Of a DNA stretch of 64,000 nucleotides, positions 60,156 through 64,000 are shown one piece after another. Every line of letters starts with the position of its first letter. The first letter of the stretch is position 1. Position numbers and translations under genes: made by a program. The DNA comes from a virus: positions 1 to 64,000 of IMG/VR virus record IMGVR_UViG_3300034069_001161; one strand, given 5' to 3'. The notes beneath the pieces are model-generated. The model did not search any database and was not told the origin of the DNA. It saw only the letters and a program-made list of their open reading frames with translations.

Positions 60156-61126
60156 ACAGAAACCTCCGCTTTGATGGTGGGGTGGGGATCGTAGTCGGTC
60201 AGGACAATGTCGTCCGGCGTCAGCTCGAACAGCGTCTTGCCGTTGTTCATGCGGCCGGCGTCGGGGAACGGGCGCGGGCAGCGGGTCAGCTGTTCCTTCG
60301 CCTGCTCGACGTGGTTGGCGTAGAGGTGCAGGTCGCCGAACGTGTGGACGAACTCGCCCGGCTTGAGACCCACCTCGTCCGCTATCAGGGCCGTCAGCAG
60401 CGCGTAGGACGCGATGTTGAACGGCACGCCGAGGAAGATGTCCGCGCTGCGCTGGTACAGCTGGCACGACAGCTTGCCGTCATCGACGTAGAACTGGAAC
60501 AGGCAGTGGCACGGGCGCAGCGCCATGCGGTCGAGCTGCGCCGGGTTCCATGCCGTGACAACGTGGCCGCGATCGTTGGGCTTGTCGCGCAGGTTCTGGA
60601 TCAGCGTCTTGATCTGGTCGACGAAGATGAAGCCTGCGGTGGTGTCCTCGAACATGTGCTTGCCGCTGTAGTAGCTGCGCCACTGTGCGCCATAGACCGG
60701 GCCGAGGTCGCCGTTCTCGTCGGCCCACTGGTCCCAGATGTGCACGCCCTGATCGGTCAGCGCCTTGATGTTCGTGTCGCCCGAGAGCATCCACAGCAGC
60801 TCGGCGACGACGCCCTTCCACCAGACGTTCTTCGTCGTCAGGAGCGGGAAGCCCTTGGCGAGGTCGAAGCGGATCTGGCGGCCGAAGACGCTGTAGGTGC
60901 CGGTGCCCGTGCGGTCCGCGCGCGGCGTCGGGTCGGCGTCGTGCTTGTCGACCAGCTCCTGCAGGAGCGCGAGGTACTGCAGCTCCTCGTGGTAGGTCTC
61001 GCCGCCGTTGCGCTTCATGGGCGCCGCGATCTTGAGCACGGCGCTGCCGCCCGTGGGCGTGACCATGCCGCCGTCCACGTCGACGAAGGTGGTGCCGAAG
61101 CCGGCGATCAGGTCGTAGCGGCGCAT
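60152..61126 (-). CDS. thyA: thymidylate synthase ThyA (324 aa including a ~36-aa N-terminal extension; alternative start 61018)
   Basis: [76 protein letters not shown]. Asn is retained in PFNIAS, which indicates dUMP specificity. Confidence 0.9.
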   Translation of the reverse strand: MRRYDLIAGFGTTFVDVDGGMVTPTGGSAVLKIAAPMKRNGGETYHEELQYLALLQELVDKHDADPTPRADRTGTGTYSVFGRQIRFDLAKGFPLLTTKNVWWKGVVAELLWMLSGDTNIKALTDQGVHIWDQWADENGDLGPVYGAQWRSYYSGKHMFEDTTAGFIFVDQIKTLIQNLRDKPNDRGHVVTAWNPAQLDRMALRPCHCLFQFYVDDGKLSCQLYQRSADIFLGVPFNIASYALLTALIADEVGLKPGEFVHTFGDLHLYANHVEQAKEQLTRCPRPFPDAGRMNNGKTLFELTPDDIVLTDYDPHPTIKAEVSV

Positions 61127-61521
61127 CAGAACTTGCCTCCGTCGAAGTAGGTCGGCCGCGGCTTGACCGGGCGGCGCAGCGGGAACAGGCACAGATGCAG
61201 CCACGCGCCCTCGCGGTGGGTGGCCATCGTGTGCGTGCCTTCGCAGAACAGCCGGCGCGCGCGCGCGACGCCGACGTCCTCATTGTTCCACGAGCCGCTG
61301 GAGGCGTGACGGCTGGCGACGATGTAGGGCTCCAGATCGCCACGAGCGACCAGCCCCAGCTCCTCGCCAGCGGGGATTCGATCCTTGTTCTTCTTCACGA
61401 CCGACAGCACCTCGCTCATCGTCGCGCCGACCTGCTTGGCGACGCGGAAGGGCGAGAACCGCTGCGGGTTCTGGTCATACCGACGCAGGATGTCGGCCTC
61501 GATCTCGGGGGTTACGCTCAC
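61126..61521 (-). CDS. small HTH-like protein (131 aa, GTG start)
   Basis: GGAGA 7 nt before GTG 61521. [23 protein letters not shown] coupling to thyA. Confidence 0.5.
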   Translation of the reverse strand: MSVTPEIEADILRRYDQNPQRFSPFRVAKQVGATMSEVLSVVKKNKDRIPAGEELGLVARGDLEPYIVASRHASSGSWNNEDVGVARARRLFCEGTHTMATHREGAWLHLCLFPLRRPVKPRPTYFDGGKF

Positions 61522-61586
61522 AGATAGTCTCCAGTTGAATGCCAGTGCCTTAGCGCGGCGCCGCGGCGCCGCAAGCACGGCGGTTG

Positions 61587-61599
61587 TAGTTACTAGGTA
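61587..61599 (-). repeat. 13-bp core copy (TACCTAGTAACTA) of the 47-bp element
   Basis: The + strand TAGTTACTAGGTA is identical to 63518..63530. It overlaps the stop of the SbcC-like gene and lies upstream of 61126..61521. Confidence 0.7.
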
Positions 61600-63470
61600 C
61601 TTTCTACATTCCAGACGTGATCCGCCACCGCGGCGCCGCGGTGGGTGACGAGGATGATCTGCGACAGATGGTCCTTGAGACCGACCAACGACTGCAGCGT
61701 TGCCTCGCGCCGGCTGTTGGTCATGTCGCCATCGATCTCGTCAGCGAGGAAGACCGGGAAGACATGGCCGACCAGCGCTCGCCCCATCGCAATCCGCAGC
61801 GCGAGGTTGGCGACGGTCACGCCGGCGCCCGACAGCGTCTCGATCCGCTGCTCGCCGACGAGGATCTCCATGTCCTCGGTCAGCGTCAGGCTGGTGAGCT
61901 TGCCCATCGTCATGTCGCGGATCAGGCCGGTGGCGATGCGGCTGATCTTGGGGGCGATCAGCGCCTTCACGACGGCGCGCGCGGCGGCGACATCCTTGGC
62001 GCCAGCCGCGTACTCATCGGCCAGATGCTGCGCCTCGACGACCTTGGCCTGCGTCTCCTTGAACGCGGCCTCGTCTTTCTCCCACGCGAGCCGTGCGGCG
62101 TGTGCTGCCTCTGCCTCACGCAGAGCGTCGCTGAGGGCGTCTACGTCCTCTTGGCTAGGGACGTAGCCCAACGCATCGATTTGAGCCCTGACGGTGGCAT
62201 TCCGGGCGACCTCGTCATCGTAGGCCACCATGGCCTGCTCGTAGGCGTCCCACTGGGCTTGGCGACGGCGGAGGTTGTCGAGCTGGCCGGACTTGTCAGC
62301 GCCGAGCGGCGGCAACGCGGCGAGCTGCTCCCGTGCTTCCAACGTCACGCGCGCAGCAGTGATCGTCGGACCGGTCAGGTCGAGCCCCGAGGGCAGCGGA
62401 TCGTTCCAGTCGGCACCCTCCCAACGCGCCAGCCGTTGCTGCTGCTCGCGTAGGTAGACCTTGTCGTACCGAGGCGCCGTCGGTGCCTCACCGGTCGGCC
62501 GAAATGTGTGGTTACATTTCGGACAGGTGACCTCGTCGGAAGCTTTGTGGGTGTCGGCGGCGTGGTGCAGGAGCCAGTCGGCCTCGATCTCGTCCAACGT
62601 CAACGTCGGCGTGGCTCCGCGGGCCTCGCGCGCCGCCCGTGCGGCGCGGCGCACGTCGGCGGCGTCTAGCTCGGCCGCACTCCAGCTCGGCCCCTCGGCG
62701 GCGACGGTCAGATTGCGATGACGGGCGTGCAGGTCGCGCTGCTCTTGGACATGGCGCTCGGTCATTTCGATATCGACCACCGCTGGCCGGCTCTCGACAG
62801 GCTGGCCGGGCGGGAACGGCATGGTCAGCTGACTCTCCAGCCGAACGAGCGCGCGGCGCGCCTCGCGACCGGCGGCGAGTTCTTCTCCGGACGGGGTCGG
62901 CACAGCCGGCGGTTCGTCGCCGGGTGCGCGCAGCGTCAGGGCCAGAGTCTCCGCCTCGCGCTTGTAGCCCTTGGCCTCCTCGCGACATGCCTTCTCGGCG
63001 GCCTCGGCGGTGGTCAGGCGGGCGACCTTGTCGATGATCGCCTTGCGATCGGCGGGCCGCAGCTTGCCCAGCTGCTGGACGTTGCCTTGCGTCGCCGCGT
63101 TGCACAGGTCGAAGACGTCGAGCCCATAGCCCATCAGCTCGGTGACCTTCTCGGTCACCTTCTCGGCACCCTTGGCCAGCATGGCGCCGCTGGCGTCCTT
63201 GAGCCACTCGTGCTTGCCGCGGCTGATCGAGTAGCGAGCGCCGCGAATGCTGAACTCGCCGTAAGCGTCCGCCTGGCGATAGTCCGTGGCCGCGCCGCGC
63301 AGGGCGGCCTTGCCGTAGAGCAGCCAGCGCGTCGTCTCGATCGACAGGAACGTCTTGCCGGCGCCGTTCTCGCCCACCACCGCGGTGATGCCGGAACCGG
63401 GTTGATGTTCAGCAGTGAGCGTAGCACCGCTCTTGGCGAAGATGGCCGTAGCCGTGAGCTTGTGAATCAT
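61593..63470 (-). CDS. Rad50/SbcC-like SMC ATPase (T4 gp46-like), 625 aa
   Basis: Trimmed to ATG 63470. Walker A VVGENGAGKT, zinc hook EVTCPKCNH, signature LSGAG, Walker B VFLADEID, coiled-coil middle. Confidence 0.8.
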   Translation of the reverse strand: MIHKLTATAIFAKSGATLTAEHQPGSGITAVVGENGAGKTFLSIETTRWLLYGKAALRGAATDYRQADAYGEFSIRGARYSISRGKHEWLKDASGAMLAKGAEKVTEKVTELMGYGLDVFDLCNAATQGNVQQLGKLRPADRKAIIDKVARLTTAEAAEKACREEAKGYKREAETLALTLRAPGDEPPAVPTPSGEELAAGREARRALVRLESQLTMPFPPGQPVESRPAVVDIEMTERHVQEQRDLHARHRNLTVAAEGPSWSAAELDAADVRRAARAAREARGATPTLTLDEIEADWLLHHAADTHKASDEVTCPKCNHTFRPTGEAPTAPRYDKVYLREQQQRLARWEGADWNDPLPSGLDLTGPTITAARVTLEAREQLAALPPLGADKSGQLDNLRRRQAQWDAYEQAMVAYDDEVARNATVRAQIDALGYVPSQEDVDALSDALREAEAAHAARLAWEKDEAAFKETQAKVVEAQHLADEYAAGAKDVAAARAVVKALIAPKISRIATGLIRDMTMGKLTSLTLTEDMEILVGEQRIETLSGAGVTVANLALRIAMGRALVGHVFPVFLADEIDGDMTNSRREATLQSLVGLKDHLSQIILVTHRGAAVADHVWNVEST

Positions 63471-63489
63471 GCCGTTTCCCTTACAGGGT

Positions 63490-63536
63490 CTCTGGTTATT
63501 ATTCCTAAAATTTCTCATAGTTACTAGGTAAAAATA
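63490..63536 (-). repeat. 47-bp AT-rich element, copy B (inverted relative to copy A)
   Basis: The reverse complement equals 33330..33376 exactly. It lies 20 nt upstream of the SbcC-like start, in a divergent spacer shared with the endolysin gene. Confidence 0.9.
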
Positions 63537-63553
63537 GAGAAAGTGACCATACC

Positions 63554-64000
63554 ATGAGGTCGACCCCGGACGCTTTTTTCAAGAACACCATCCTCGTTCA
63601 CGAGAGCCAGCGGCACTCGCTGGACCCGGACGACAAGGGTAACTGGCACAAGGGCGTGCTGGTCGGATCCAAGTACGGGGTCACCGGCAATGCGCTGGCA
63701 GCCTACCGCGGCGTCGTGCAGGTTAGCCGGGCGGATATGGCCGTGCTGACCGAGCGCGAGGCGATCGATCTTGGTCTCAAGGGCTACTACCGCATCAAGG
63801 GCATCGACCTCCTGCCGTGGGACGTGGTCATGGCCGGGGTCGTCGACCTCGCCTTCAACGCCGGACCCAAGGCCGCCGTCGAGGTGCTCCAAGAGCTGAT
63901 CGGTGTCACCCCCGACGGCGCCGCCGGCCCCGCGACGCGCGCGGCATACCGCGCCTGGCGCTGCAACAAGACGGACGAAAAGGCGATGGCCGAGTGGACG
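63554..64000 (+). CDS. GH108-like endolysin (N-acetylmuramidase), N-terminal 149 codons; runs off the right edge
   Basis: Own translation from ATG 63554: MRSTPDAFFKNTILVHESQRHSLDPDDKGNWHKGVLVGSKYGVTGNALAAY... This parallels the GH108 pattern E-GY--DP-D-GG-T--GIT. It is not in the ORF track because there is no stop in the window. Confidence 0.55.
   Translation, partial: MRSTPDAFFKNTILVHESQRHSLDPDDKGNWHKGVLVGSKYGVTGNALAAYRGVVQVSRADMAVLTEREAIDLGLKGYYRIKGIDLLPWDVVMAGVVDLAFNAGPKAAVEVLQELIGVTPDGAAGPATRAAYRAWRCNKTDEKAMAEWT

Noticed and set aside
63471-63518. N-terminal extension MRNFRNNNQRPCKGNG of track ORF 61593..63518.
   Set aside because: The codons are the 47-bp repeat read as protein. The same ATGAGAAATTTTAGG occurs at 33349, where it is clearly non-coding. 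They are A/T-rich, unlike all real genes here. The ATG at 63470 begins the conserved Rad50-like N-terminus.
33330-63536. Interpretation of the 47-bp inverted repeats as invertase (Hin/Gin-type) sites or attachment sites bounding an invertible 30-kb segment.
   Set aside because: No recombinase or integrase gene is present in the window. Inversion would uncouple portal from protease and capsid. Both copies point at downstream operons, which fits a promoter or leader better. The idea is kept only as a minor alternative in the findings.
1-64000. CRISPR arrays, rRNA genes, transposases/IS elements, integrase or prophage attachment boundaries.
   Set aside because: None was seen. There are no regularly spaced direct repeats, no rRNA-like sequence and no DDE or tyrosine/serine recombinase motifs in any frame I read. 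Both window edges are inside phage genes.

Overview
This window is a GC-rich slice of a large tailed-phage genome with a siphovirus-like, lambda-type tail tip. Both window edges fall inside phage genes: class II RNR on the left and a GH108-like endolysin on the right. No integrase, tRNA, rRNA or CRISPR array was seen.

Layout:
- 1..23521, almost all on the - strand: early, host-takeover and nucleotide/DNA-metabolism genes. These include NrdJ-like RNR, a minimal nucleotidyltransferase, ATP-dependent DNA ligase, a C5-methyltransferase-like protein, rIIA/rIIB homologues and many small orphans. Four lower-GC homing-endonuclease genes (2 Endo VII, 2 HNH) sit antisense on the + strand.
- 23573..23945: AT-rich divergent control region.
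- 23946..26739 (+): a detached fibre locus.
- 26736..29903 (-): primase-polymerase/SF3 helicase operon.
- 30027..59605, mostly +: virion module. It holds a GpA-type large terminase, portal, protease-scaffold fusion, decoration-like protein, major capsid, connectors, major tail protein, gpL, a split gpK, gpI, a metallophosphoesterase, a 1741-aa tape measure, gpM-like protein and a 2654-aa J-like fibre.
- 59640..63470 (-): MazZ/DUF5664-like protein, thyA, a small HTH protein and a Rad50/SbcC-like ATPase.

Most notable observations:
- A reverse-strand tail-chaperone pair with an in-phase U UUU UUC -1 frameshift site, led by an RHH regulator.
- A perfect 47-bp element present twice in inverted orientation 30 kb apart, each time just upstream of an operon.
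- A 14-bp palindrome, CTTAAA-YR-TTTAAG, present four times around the first early genes.
- An AT-rich core bracketed by a 13-bp inverted repeat.
- An HTH-metallophosphoesterase gene inside a scrambled tail module.
- A five-module J-like fibre with a lower-GC tip.

All family assignments come from motif recognition by eye and memory. No searches or computations were run.
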